From Eledone cirrhosa (taxonomy: Eukaryota), in assembly GCA_964016885.1 (NCBI GenBank), contig OZ024740.1:191084001-191148000 (forward strand): 64,000 nt of DNA. Direction: 5' to 3'. The notes under the pieces were generated by a model, which searched no databases, was not told where the DNA came from, and saw only the letters and a list, made by a program, of their open reading frames with translations. Shown piece after piece: positions 13,946-26,895 of this stretch. Each line of letters starts with the position of its first letter. Within the stretch, counting starts at the first letter, position 1. The translations under genes were made by a program, and so were the position numbers.

Positions 13946-14450
13946 ATGTATGTATATATATACATGCTACTGTACGTATGTATACATATATGTATGTACG
14001 TATAAATAATTATTTTTAAGTAACAGCCGTATTAAGAGTGAGAAATGAAATTTCGTTTCATTTTTTCCATTTATCGTTTTCGGTGCGCCCGTCCGATTAA
14101 CTCACTCAATATGCAAATTAGGCTGCTCAGCCGTTAATATGCATAAGGTAAGTATATACTTTCAGACGTTCAATCATCTGGCAGGAAGGTATACGGTGCT
14201 GACTATAGCTAATAAGCTTGAAACTAGTACATCGTTCCTTTGTCAGTGTTGAACAAAAAGGCAACGATTGTTGCTAAACAATGTACGGCTTAATACGGGA
14301 TGTTTGTTTACAAACAAACCGAGCATTATAATAAATGTTCGGTAAATCCATACGTACATATAGATTATGAGTACATGTATGTATATATATACATACTACT
14401 GTACGTCTGCATACATATATGTATGTACGTGTACATACTTATATATATAT
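13590..14450. repeat. Nested inverted repeats among (TA)/(TG) tracts
   Basis: 13660-13840 recurs inverted at 14265-14450; 13605-13710 inverted at 13945-14070; 13725-13780 inverted at 13848-13890. Confidence 0.75.
14194..14234 (+). ncRNA. Minimal hammerhead-like motif (G8 mutated)
   Basis: cggtg-CUGACUA-tagct aata agctt-GAAA-ctag-UA-catcg; palindromic helix III actagt. Confidence 0.6.
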
Positions 14451-14867
14451 ATATATATAAGTATGTAGACGTGTACATACTTATACATATATATATTATA
14501 TATTATATATTATATATATATATATGATGGCCTTTTCTCAGTTTCATTTGTTATCTTTATGCCTGAAATGACACTGCTGCTGAGATACACATCAAGCGGT
14601 ATGTGGGTCAAATAACAGGAATTTGAGTAGAGAAAGATGGCTTCCAATGTTAGGTAGTTCCTTTAACAATATGCTGTTATCAACCCAGTCATATACTTTG
14701 CTGAGATCAATGAATATAACACCTGAGAAAATTCTATATTAGTGAAAATTCTATTTTGAAGTAGAAGCTCCATTATTTATTCCCTGCAATCGCAGAAACC
14801 AAGCTCGTTTATGTGTGTATATACGTGTGTTTGTTTGTGTGTGTGTGTCGCGTGTGTGTGTGTGTGT

Positions 14868-14907
<40 letters not shown>

Positions 14908-15352
14908 GTGTGTGTGTGTGTGAGAGTGTGTGTGAGTGTGTGTGTGTGTGTGTGTTCGTCAGCGCGTGTGTGTGTGTATACAAATTATAATTCGTTTAAT
15001 ATATTTGCCTACTTTTTCTGTTATATTTTTACTTTGGGTTTATCTAAGTTCCAGCATTTTTCATTTACATTGAATTTGTTAGCAGCAAGCAATGCTTATT
15101 GCAGAAATGCGGTACGCTCACCTTGGATTATAACAATTATTTCACTTCCAACCGCGTTAATTTCTTTCCGGTGAATTTGAAGAATTTTAATATAATGCAT
15201 ACGATTGTGCATTGGGGTATTAAGTCAGCGCATATGAACGGTTACATAATTGTACAGAAACATATGTTACATATTGAACACTCAATACATTTCTCCTCAT
15301 GACCACTCCCTCTTGCCTAGTTCTTCCTGTTCTCCCTTTTAACATACTTATA

Positions 15353-15403
<51 letters not shown>

Positions 15404-15407
15404 GAAA

Positions 15408-15467
<60 letters not shown>

Positions 15468-15483
15468 GAAAATATATACACAC

Positions 15484-15656
<173 letters not shown>

Positions 15657-17061
15657 GAGAGATAAATATAGATATGTGCATGTGCTTATGAAATAAAATT
15701 AGCTATCACCGTTGCTATGATATCGGGATTATTACGTTGCATTACTTTTATCACTTTACAGATTCAATTCAGATCCGGCCAAGACAAATTTCTGTATCTG
15801 TAAACTACCGCCATAGTCGGTAGAGTAGATGATTGCTATACCATAGCTTGATATACTTTGTCGTTGTCATTTCAGATTATTTTCTGAGACTTCAAATTCC
15901 ATAGCTGTATAGCTACGTACCTTAACCTGCCACCCGTTTTAACAACATCATATGTGCTTAGGCGCATTAACTCTTTTGATTCTATTGAGAAAATTCCACC
16001 GAGGTAATCGTGATAACGACTGACTTCCTCCCTCGCATCTGTATAGATAGTTATGAAAATTTTAATTGACACCAACTTTTCCAACCTGACTAAATATTAA
16101 ATAAAACAGAAGAATATTTGAAGTGTACATACGTTACACATGCATAACATAATGTGATACTAAAACAAATTATTTAGTAAACTTCAACTGAAATCCAGGA
16201 CGGGCAATAACACTTTCCTCAACTATAATGAGTTGAATGTTCTCAAAATTCCAATCATGGATTTGTTCTTTGGAATTTTGGACTTAAAATCGGCATAAAA
16301 TGAATATGCATATTTTGATGTGGTAACAGAGGCTGACTGGTAGATAGGAATTATACATTGGATGTTATTGTTTAATATGGTTCCTATTACAGGAGAAAAG
16401 CATCGATGTTCTGAATTTTTCGTGATAAAATCTATACTTTCTATAATGTATGTTTTAGGTGTACCAATATATCATCGTCTTTATGAATATAATATATATA
16501 CGAAGGGTTCTATACAAGATCTCCAATATTTCATATTCACATGCTGGGATTAATTTTTTTCTCGTTAAGATATCAGTTGTCATTAAGTCAAGCCAAAGAC
16601 GAAATGTCATTATTGTTGATCGACATGATCAAAATAGCTTCTAGTATGCCTGAAATCATAAACCATTGAACTGACTAAGCTAGACACCATATTTCTTCAT
16701 ATCCCTAAATTGATAGGATGAACATAAGGATATTCTCAATAAACATACTTCTGTCTAATCAAATTTGATTTGGAGAAAACTATAAAAATACTATTTCAAG
16801 TTGTTTTCTTTTTGACAAATACAATTTAACTATATATCGGCAGAAACCATTTAATGTCGATATGTATATTAATATTGTGCAAGAAAAGATTTTATTGAAT
16901 TGTACTTTGTGGAATCACATATAGACATATAGACATATTCGTAAATATTTCAGTTGCTTTTGAAGGCAACATTGAGGTGAAAAAAGATGTTTACTACGAT
17001 ACTCACTAGATACAAGTTATATTGTTTCTCCGAATATATCTATATATATATATATAAAACA

Positions 17062-17543
17062 AAGTTAAATAAAACGTCAAATGTTTAAAATTCAGCTTCG
17101 TTTATTACTGCTATATATATTTCAGTGACAGCCATCTTTGGCTGTGACCTCTCCAGGCAGTCCGAATTAGTGTGGTATAGACAAGTACATATGTTGTTGA
17201 GATGTATAATATTGTCAATACTCTGATATGCCCAGTTCCTGGTTGGGTTGTTATGTCACTGAGGAACTGCAATCATATGAATTCATACAAACGAATTTCA
17301 GTGTGAAAGGGCCTCTTCACCTCTCATTAGTCAGTTGTTAGAACATTCCTCATTCTAAGTGTTGTTATTGTTCGATTTAGCTTAAAAAAATGATAAAGTG
17401 GTAGAAGGGACAAGGTGTTAAAGGAACAAAATAACAAAAAAAGTGTCAAACTTCCCATTGGTCAGTTCTGAGATCATTCCTCAGTCAGAAGTCTATATAA
17501 TTCTTTCTGGGGTGAGGCTCCTTGTAGTGTTTGTGTTTGCTAT
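17062..17543 (-). mobile_element. PLE 3'-end fragment (same family as 9835-10400)
   Basis: Reverse-complement match to 9835-10400 with an internal deletion; 3' end abuts (TA)n at ~17040. Confidence 0.85.
17107..17161 (-). ncRNA. Hammerhead ribozyme copy (A6G core change)
   Basis: Reverse complement: actgc-CUGGAGA-ggtcacagcc aaagat ggctgtcact-GAAA-tatata-UA-gcagt, then aataaa. Confidence 0.65.
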
Positions 17544-18159
17544 ATAAATATAGATTCTCCGAGAATCGCATTTCGCCGGGTAGAAAAGGCGAAACGAAAC
17601 GTAAAAATCAGAAATGAAGCTGACTAGCGCTCCATATTTAAAAAAACAGAGCTAAACAATATGTTAAGAGGCCATACAAATCTGAAATAGTGGTCAAGAA
17701 AGCAGCAACCACCTAAGCCAAAAAGCAAATCAAGCTAAACAGGTCAAAACAAAATAAATGACAAAAATACACAGACCTGAACCCGTTGGAATTGATGTTA
17801 ATATCCAAATGCAGGGTTTCTATGACACCTAAATGAAAATACTGTCTGCTTAAAAATATAAGCTTTAGGTATAGTGATCAAACAAGGAATATCACGTTAT
17901 CTACAGGTATTTTGCTCTGTAGCAAATTTGTGAATGACACAGAGGCACGCGAAATCACGTGTAGAATTCACAAGGGGAAAAACTCCAGATTTGGGCAAAC
18001 GAATTCAGTATGTGTATACCATGAAAAATATTGCATAAATAGTACAAATCGAATAAGCTCTCAACCGGGTGGTTTTTAAAATAATCTTATACAATTAACC
18101 TGTCAATAAAAATTATTAATTAGTTAATTGTAAGACACGAGAGATTAATACAAATATAG

Positions 18160-18201
<42 letters not shown>

Positions 18202-18326
18202 AATTGGTGTTGGATGCTTAAAGCATCGATAGGCGGTAGGCCATATGAGCACTCGATGTTCTCATGGAGCAGAGTATGATATTACAGAAAAAAAAGAATT
18301 AGTGTTGCTACGAATAGAATTTATTA

Positions 18327-18422
18327 GACATATTACAATCGTTTCTCTGGTGACCAGCTCGAGGCACGATCTATATGATGATCGAACCTGACTCTGAAAA
18401 TCGCAAGGTCCTCAGATACGTA
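18327..18422 (-). ncRNA. Hammerhead ribozyme (left IR arm)
   Basis: Reverse complement: acgtat-CUGAGGA-long helix II-GAAA-cgattg-UA-atatgtc, then aataaa. Confidence 0.65.
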
Positions 18423-19054
18423 ATGATTCTACGATGCATATTCCCCTATGTCCTTTTACATCGATATAATTCACTTGTCGGCTTAGATTCTGTTGTTGTC
18501 ATTCTATGAATGGTCAAGAATTGTACACGTCACGGTATTTCTAGCCAGTCATGGTTGAAAATTCTTTGGTTATTTTCATTCTCCACCTGCCAATCAAATG
18601 TGTTTCTTAGGTCGGAATTACTACTGTAGTAGGTAAGGGGTTGTATGCCTGAACTGCTGACGGCACTTCGACGTCTTCACTGTTTTTAGGGGCCCACTTT
18701 TACATCCATGGCGTACACATCCTCAACTGTACCATATGCGACGATAACGGTAAATAATGTTTGGAGGGAATGTTTAAATCAAATTAGAAAAATATCAGAA
18801 AAATATTAGATAAATATTTAGCATGACGTTTCAAGAACACAGCCTCAGAATACATTAAAACATACATATTTCAAAAGAAAAAAGTAAACAATCTCTGCAC
18901 ACGGAACGTTTATAAATGAATCCTTGGAACAGCCATTCAAAAAAAGTTATTTCGAAAGCATATTTGATATCTACACATATCTACACCCACACACTCTACT
19001 CAGGGAAGCGTGTATATTTGAGACGCTGCAACAAGACGGGGAAACCAAAGCGCA

Positions 19055-19870
19055 TTGGACGAGTGTTTCCCGACTTCACACAGGTACCACGAAATGTTCA
19101 AACGACACACCGTGAAGTTCTTATTTTCCACGGCACCTAACATAGCAGACTACAAGACCAAGGCCAATGCGTTGAAATTGAGGACACACCACCGACAAAT
19201 CGATCAGGCCCCAGACACGCCGGGGAGGCTGACAAGAGCGCACGCGGAAGTGGCTAGTGGTTCTGGATATGTGCCTGGTCCGGAGCTGTGGCCGAGGTGG
19301 ACTGCACACCTGCCAATAGAGACCTACTAGTGTGGAACACTAAGTCCACCGCTCTGCTGGAGCACCACTTGGTGACCGGGGAGAACCCAGATAAGACGCC
19401 AGGCCCAAATAAGGGGTATTACAATAATGATGCACGGACATGTAACTGCCGTGTTGAAGAGGAGTGCCCTCTACAGGGAATGTGCCTGACTAAGGGCGTT
19501 GTCTACAGATGTGTGGTTACCACGCAAAATGATAGGCACTCATACATCGCAGCTACATCCACGATTTTTAAATCGAGGATGTACAACCACAAGAACTCGT
19601 TCAAGGACAGGAACTAGAGACACTCCACCAGACTGGCGGAAATAGTATGGGGACTCAAAGACAGTGGCATAGAGTTTGACCTCAGCTGCAGTATTGTACA
19701 GCGAGCATATGTGTACTCGGCCGGGGGCAGGAAGTGCAAGTTATGCCTGTACTAGGCTATGGAGACAGTAAAACTTAAGAGCGACACAGTCAATATCAAC
19801 TCTGAAATCATCATGGCCTGCAGATACCAACGTAAATGCACTATCTCTGCTTTAGTGATACCGGATGGGT
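19055..19870 (+). pseudogene. PLE linker + GIY-YIG endonuclease (frameshift, stops)
   Basis: ORFs 19055-19330 and 19288-19617, continuing past a stop as RHSTRLAEIVWGLKD...CKLCL. Confidence 0.8.
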
Positions 19871-21551
19871 CTACCTAAGACACTACAGCCATCACAATAC
19901 CAGGTGGGGTGCGTGATGTGGACCAAGATATAAAACACAGCATACTTATGAATGCATGTCGGAACAAGCTGATATCAACGACAGACCCAGCGATGCCTAC
20001 CTCGTAACATACCCTAGATAGCACCGCCACAACAATTTGCGGACGCCGACTAAATATAAGTCTGATTTGTTCTACTACCCTATGTGTGGTTTTAAATTCC
20101 CAAATGTTTAAATTTTCGATCTTAGATTCGTGGTGTTTAATTTGCTGCTTAGATGCCGGACCTGATGCTGGTTTTAAGGTTAATGTCGCAGTTAATTTTA
20201 ACTTTGCCTGCCTTTGATATATACACGCCTACAACACAAGCTGCTGGCACATTCCAATCATGCATACATTCCAAGTACATTTCATATATACCGTTATGAA
20301 ACACACACCCTATTTATTCCATGTATTCACCCACAATATATATAACATGTTTGTGTACGCACGCAAGGTCCCCATGTGACCACCAACCATGAGACCAGTA
20401 CCTTAGATCACCAGTCCCCATGTATATTATATGACCATATGCACCACAACCCTCAAGTATTTTAGGCAATTTTACGCACGCCCCAGTAATGTTCGGTCCC
20501 CCTATGGATCCTTGTCATGTATACATTCCTTTTTCCAGCATTTTATTTTATATTATTTTATTTTATGTAGTTACAGGCATTTTTTTTTATCTATATGGGC
20601 CACCCATATTATATGTGATTAGCGCAAGGATACTATGTGGCTATAACCTTTATGCATATTGTGCATGCACTTCCGGGCGTATATCGCCACTTGATCGGGC
20701 TGGATCCAAGCCTCAAGAACGCTTTCCCATATAATAATATGTGCACCATGTGCACAGCCGCGCGTGTGTGTACGGATGGGTGGGTGTTGTTCAAGTATGC
20801 GCCATCGATATGAGTGTGCGTGGGCGCATGTATGTATGTGCGTCCACGCAGATATGCATGCGTACGTGTGTGCATATTTCTGGGTGGATGTGATTGTATG
20901 AATGCCTATGCGTAGATCTTTCTTTTTTTCATCTGTGTATATTGTTGCAACGTCTCAAATGTACACGATTCCCTGAGTAAAGTGTGTGAGTGTAGATATG
21001 TGTGTATTTATCAAAAATGGCTGTGAAATAACTTTTTTGAAAGGCTGTTCCAAGCATACATATAAACACGTTTCTTGTACAGGGATTTTTCTTTTTCCTT
21101 TTGAAATATGTATGTTTTAAGGTATTCTGAGGCTGTGTTCTACAAATGTTATGCTAAATATTTTTCTAATATTTTTCTAATATTTTTCTAATTTGATTTA
21201 AAAATCCCTTCAAATATTATTTACGGTGATCGTCGCATACGATACAGTTGAGGGTGTGTACGCTATCGGTTTAGAAATGGGCGCCTAAAGACAGTGAAGA
21301 CGTCGAAGTGCCGCCAGCAGTTCAAGCATACAACCCCTTACCTACTACAGTAGTAATTCAGACTAAGAAACACATTTGATTGACAGGTGGAGAATGAAAA
21401 TAACCAAATAGTGGACAAACATGAGTGGCTAGAAATACCGATTACGTGTACAATTCTTAACCACTCATAGAATGGCAACAACAGGATCTAATCCGACAAG
21501 CGAATTATATCGATGTAAAAGGATATAGGGGAATGTGCTTCATTAAATCAT

Positions 21552-21646
21552 GACGTATCTGAGGACCTTGTGATTTCAGAGTCAGGTTCGATCATCATAT
21601 ACATCGTGCCTCGAACTGGTCGCCAGAGAAACGATTGTAATATGTC
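21552..21646 (+). ncRNA. Type I hammerhead ribozyme with extended helix II
   Basis: gacgtat-CUGAGGA-(62 nt)-GAAA-cgattg-UA-atatgtc, AATAAA at 21648, (TA)n at 21690. Confidence 0.7.
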
Positions 21647-21687
21647 CAATAAATTACATTCTTCGCAACACTAATTCTATTTTTTCT

Positions 21688-21776
<89 letters not shown>

Positions 21777-21802
21777 GGGAAAAGGTATGAGATTCTCGGC
21801 GG

Positions 21803-21860
21803 AGCTCAAGCTGTTTCGACGGCTATTTCCAGAAATAGCCGTCGAAATGGCTTGAGCTCT
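21803..21860. repeat. Short palindrome (about 27-bp arms)
   Basis: gagctcaagctgtttcgacggctattt-ccag-aaatagccgtcgaaatggcttgagctc. Confidence 0.85.
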
Positions 21861-22174
21861 GAGGTCAGGTCATACTTATTTCCTATTTTCCACTCTACTA
21901 CACTAAGTATTGAGTACTCTGGTGCGTTATGGTCCATCTGGTTCCTTACCACATTTCCTTTGTTATTCATATATATATATATATATATACATACAAATAT
22001 AAATTAGCTAGAATCGTATTTCGGAATTAACGAAAAACAACTTCCGTGATGCGTGGCAAGCCCTTGATGATTCAGATGAACCAGAGCTACAACATACGTT
22101 AAAGGCCAAGCAGACTGAGACGATAGTTAAACAAACATCCGCACAGCCAAAGAAACGACCAAGTAATTCGTGTA

Positions 22175-22264
<90 letters not shown>

Positions 22265-22412
22265 TACACGGGTGTGTATGATTGCGTATAGAAGATTATA
22301 TTAATAAAAGGATTCCCAACTTTGTTTCTCTGGTTTTATTTACAATCCTTTAATATGTATAATGGTATTAGAATGAAATACTATGGTAGAATATTAATTG
22401 TTTAGTGTTAAT

Positions 22413-22451
22413 TGAACAAGCATATTCACGCATTTGCAATCTTCAGGTTCC
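22413..22451 (-). ncRNA. Minimal hammerhead (decayed GAAA)
   Basis: Reverse complement: gaac-CUGAAGA-ttgc aaat gcgt-GAAT-atgc-UU-gttc. Confidence 0.55.
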
Positions 22452-22490
22452 AATTCTGTGGTGACAGTGAAGTTTGCACCCCCCAGAATA

Positions 22491-22529
22491 TGACCCTGAC
22501 GATTGCGAAAGCATGAAAGTACTTGTTCA
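22491..22529 (+). ncRNA. Minimal type I hammerhead
   Basis: tgacc-CUGACGA-ttgc gaaa gcat-GAAA-gtac-UU-gttca; palindromic helix III agtact. Confidence 0.7.
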
Positions 22530-22641
22530 ATTAACACTTAACATTTAGTATTCTACCATACTATTTCATTCTAATACCATTATACATTTTAAAGGATTGT
22601 AAATGAAACGAGTAAATCAGACAAAGTAGGAAATCCTTTTA

Positions 22642-22680
<39 letters not shown>

Positions 22681-22681
22681 T

Positions 22682-22755
<74 letters not shown>

Positions 22756-22756
22756 C

Positions 22757-22850
<94 letters not shown>

Positions 22851-22855
22851 GTATG

Positions 22856-22887
<32 letters not shown>

Positions 22888-22929
22888 TATATTTAAAAGA
22901 ATCGAGGTGTAACAAACGAGTTGTGATAT

Positions 22930-23233
22930 ATTAGTTAAAGGAAAACAAATGCTGACAAATTTTTCCCAGTGAAAAATAGTTTAATTAGGAATAAGTATAA
23001 ATTAGCAATAAGTATTGGTTAGTATTCAGTTTTAGTTTTAAGTTTTTATCGGTTGCGCATTTGTAATGCTTTTCAAAAATAATTTTGAGATAGAACACCC
23101 GTGAACACTCTAATCAGATTAGAGCAAACATCACGGGCGGTCTATCTCAAAATTATTACTAATTTATACTGATTCCTAATTAAACTATTTTTCACTGGGA
23201 AAAATTTGTCAGCATTTTCATTTACTTTTACTA
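22930..23233. mobile_element. Inverted-repeat mini-element between (TA)n tracts; family also at 35730-35930
   Basis: 22935-23100 is the reverse complement of 23110-23233 (right arm internally deleted) and of 35750-35930. Decayed UUGAAAA hammerhead-like motif at ~23045-23085 (-). Confidence 0.7.
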
Positions 23234-23234
23234 A

Positions 23235-23315
<81 letters not shown>

Positions 23316-23330
23316 TTATATATACATATA

Positions 23331-23427
<97 letters not shown>

Positions 23428-24255
23428 TAATATGTATGTGATGAAACACAGATACCAACACATCTGTATATATATTGCAAAAGAAAAATTTAGCCAGATT
23501 GAAGTATACTAATTATTATACTACAGTTTGTCCATATCGATTTAAAATAAATCAACGAAGGCGAACTGTATTGCCAAGAGGCCGTGATGTTTAGACACAT
23601 TTAAATTTCAAAATCAAACCTGTTCCGTAGATAAGTTTAAACATTAAGATCCAAATATGTTTCGAGTTAAATAAGTGTAGGAATATCATGTCCTGCTAAC
23701 CTCAGTAAACATCCAGAGACAAATTGATATGCTTCACTTCTAAATAATTTAAAAAACTGCGTGACGCACATGGTTTTACAGTATCTAACTAGTCTCATAA
23801 CCGTACTGCTAGAAATAACAGTCGTATATATGAGGCGGCTTGCAGCTCAAACTAGGAGCAGTTAAAATTAATAAGGTAATGAATCCTTTTACAATGGAAT
23901 CAGCTCGAAGGAGGAAAATACCCCCTGAGCAGTGTATAAATAAATATGTATGTGATGAAACACAGATACCAACACATCTGTATATATATTGCAAAAGAAA
24001 AATTTAGCCAGATTGAAGTATGCTAATTATTATACTACAGTTTGTCCTTTCGATTTAAAATAATAAATCAACGAAGGCGAACTGTATTGCCAAGAGGCCG
24101 TGATGTTTAGACACATTTAAATTTCAAAATCAAATCTGTTCCGTAGACAAGTTTAAACTTTAAGATCCAAATATGTTCGAGTTAAATAAGTGTCGGAATA
24201 TCATGTCCTGCACTCCTCATTAAACATCCAGAGACAAATTGATATGCTTCACTTC
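23428..24255 (+). repeat. ~310-bp direct duplication (23428-23740 and 23943-24255)
   Basis: Near-identical blocks from tatgtatgtgatgaaacacagatacc to gatatgcttcacttct. Confidence 0.9.
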
Positions 24256-26854
24256 TTCCACACACACACACATTATCTCTCTCTTCCACACACACACACA
24301 CACACTATCTCTCTCTTCCACACACACACACACTATCTCTCTCTTACACACACACACTATCTCTCACTTCCACACACACTATCTCTCTCTTCCACACCCA
24401 CACATACACTATCTCTCTCTTCCACACACACACACTATCTCTCTCTTCCACACACACACACTATCTCTCTCTTCCACACACACGCACTATCTCTCTCTTC
24501 CACACACACACACACACTATCTCTCTCTTCCACACACACACAATATCTCTCTCTTCCACACCCACATACACTATCTCTCTCTTCCACACCCACACACATT
24601 ATCTCTCTCTTCCACACACATACACACTATCTCTCTCTTAAACACACAAACACACTATCTCTCTCTTCCACACACACCCACTATCTCTCTCTTCCACACA
24701 CACACACACTATCTCTCTCTTCCACACACACACAATATCTCTCTCTTCCACACCCACACACACCATCTCTCCCTTCCACACACACACAATATCTTTCTTT
24801 TACAAACACACACACACTATCTCTCTCTTCCACACACACACACTATCTATCTCTTCCACACACACACACAATATATCTCTCTTCCACACACACACTATCA
24901 CTCTCTTCCACACATACACACACTATCTCTCTCTTCCACACACACACACACTATCTCTCTCTTCCACACACAAACATACTATCTCTCTCTTCCACACACA
25001 CCCACTATCTCTCTCTTCCACACACGCACACACTATCTCTCTATTCCACACGCACACACAATATATCTCTCTTCCACCCACACACACTATCTCTCTCTTC
25101 CACACACAAACACACTATATCTCTCTTCCACACACACACACACAATATATCTCTCTTCCAGACACACACACACTATCTCTCTCTTCCACACACACACTGT
25201 CTCTCTCTTCCACACCCACACACACTATCTCTCTCTTCCACACACACACACAATATACCTCTCTTCCACACGCACACACACACACACACTATCTCTCTCT
25301 TCTACACGCACACACACACAGACTATCTCTCTCTCTCTCTCACACACACTATCCCTCTCTTTCACACGCAGACACACACACACTATCTCTCTCTTCCACA
25401 CACACACACACTCTATATCTCTCTGTCAGACCCACCCACACTATTTCTCTCTTCCACACACACACTATATCTCTCTTCCACACACACGCACACAATATAT
25501 CTCTCTTCCAAACGAACACACACTATCTCTCTCTTCCACACACACACTATATCTCTCTTCCACACACACACTATCTCTCTCTTCCACACCCACACACACT
25601 ATCTATCTCTTCCACACACACACACAATATACCTCTCTTCCACACACACACACACTATCTCTCTCTCTCACACAAACTATACCACTCTTTCACACGCGCA
25701 CACACACACAATATCTCTCTTTTCCACACCCACACACTATATATATCTCTTCCACACACACACACATTATCTCTCTCTTCCACACACACACATACTATCT
25801 CTCTCTTCCACACACACCCACTATCTCTCTCTTCCACACACACACACACTATCTCTCTATTCCACACGCACACACAATATATCTCTCTTCCACCCACACA
25901 CACTATCTCTCTCTTCCACACACAAACACACTATATCTCTCTTCCACACACACACACACAATATATCTCTCTTCCAGACACACACACACTATCTCTCTCT
26001 TCCACACACACACTGTCTCTCTCTTCCACACCCACACACACTATCTCTCTCTTCCACACACACACACAATATACCTCTCTTCCACACGCACACACACACA
26101 CACACTATCTCTCTCTTCTACACGCACACACACACAGACTATCTCTCTCTCTCTCTCACACACACTATCCCTCTCTTTCACACGCAGACACACACACACT
26201 ATCTCTCTCTTCCACACACACACACACTCTATATCTCTCTTTCAGACCCACCCACACTATTTCTCTCTTCCACACACACACTATATCTCTCTTCCACACA
26301 CACGCACACAATATATCTCTCTTCCAAACGAACACACACTATCTCTCTCTTCCACACACACACTATATCTCTCTTCCACACACACACTATCTCTCTCTTC
26401 CACACCCACACACACTATCTATCTCTTCCACACACACACACAATATACCTCTCTTCCACACACACACACACTATCTCTCTCTCTCACACAAACTATACCA
26501 CTCTTTCACACGCGCACACACACACAATATCTCTCTTTTCCACACCCACACACTATATATATCTCTTCCACACACACACACATTATCTCTCTCTTCCACA
26601 CACACACACACTCTATATCTCTCTTCCAGACCCAGACACACTATTTCTCTCTTCCACACACACACTATATCTCTCTTCCACACACACGCACACAATATAT
26701 CTCTCTTCCAAACGAACACACACTATCTCTCTCTTCCACACACACACTATCTCTCTCTTCCACACACACACTATCTCTCTCTTCCACACCCACACACACT
26801 ATCTATCTCTTCCACACACACACACAATATACCTCTCTTCCACACACACACACA

Positions 26855-26895
<41 letters not shown>

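Larger units (their letters stand above)
18278..21692 (+). mobile_element. 5'-truncated PLE bounded by ~750-bp inverted repeats
   Basis: IR 18278-19033 / 20942-21692 with (TA)n outside. Body encodes DECFPTSHRYHEMFKRHTVKF.FSTAPNI and CNCRVEEECPLQGMCLTKGVVYRC..YIAAT..FKSRMYNH. Confidence 0.85.
22297..22646. mobile_element. Non-coding inverted-repeat mini-element with two outward-facing hammerheads
   Basis: Diverged arms 22297-22451 / 22491-22646, ~40-bp spacer, (TA)n on both sides. Confidence 0.75.

Noticed and set aside
16440-16520. Minus-strand VYILY...YIGT resembling GIY-YIG; also KLYIGQ at ~47810 (+)
   Set aside because: Too short and interrupted by stops to call without a profile search.
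17550-17612. Hairpin followed by GAAACGUA
   Set aside because: No convincing CUGAnGA box and helix I is mismatched.
18278-21692. Interpretation of IR-bounded units as cut-and-paste DNA transposons
   Set aside because: No DDE transposase; the interior is PLE endonuclease and the IRs are ribozyme-bearing 3' ends.
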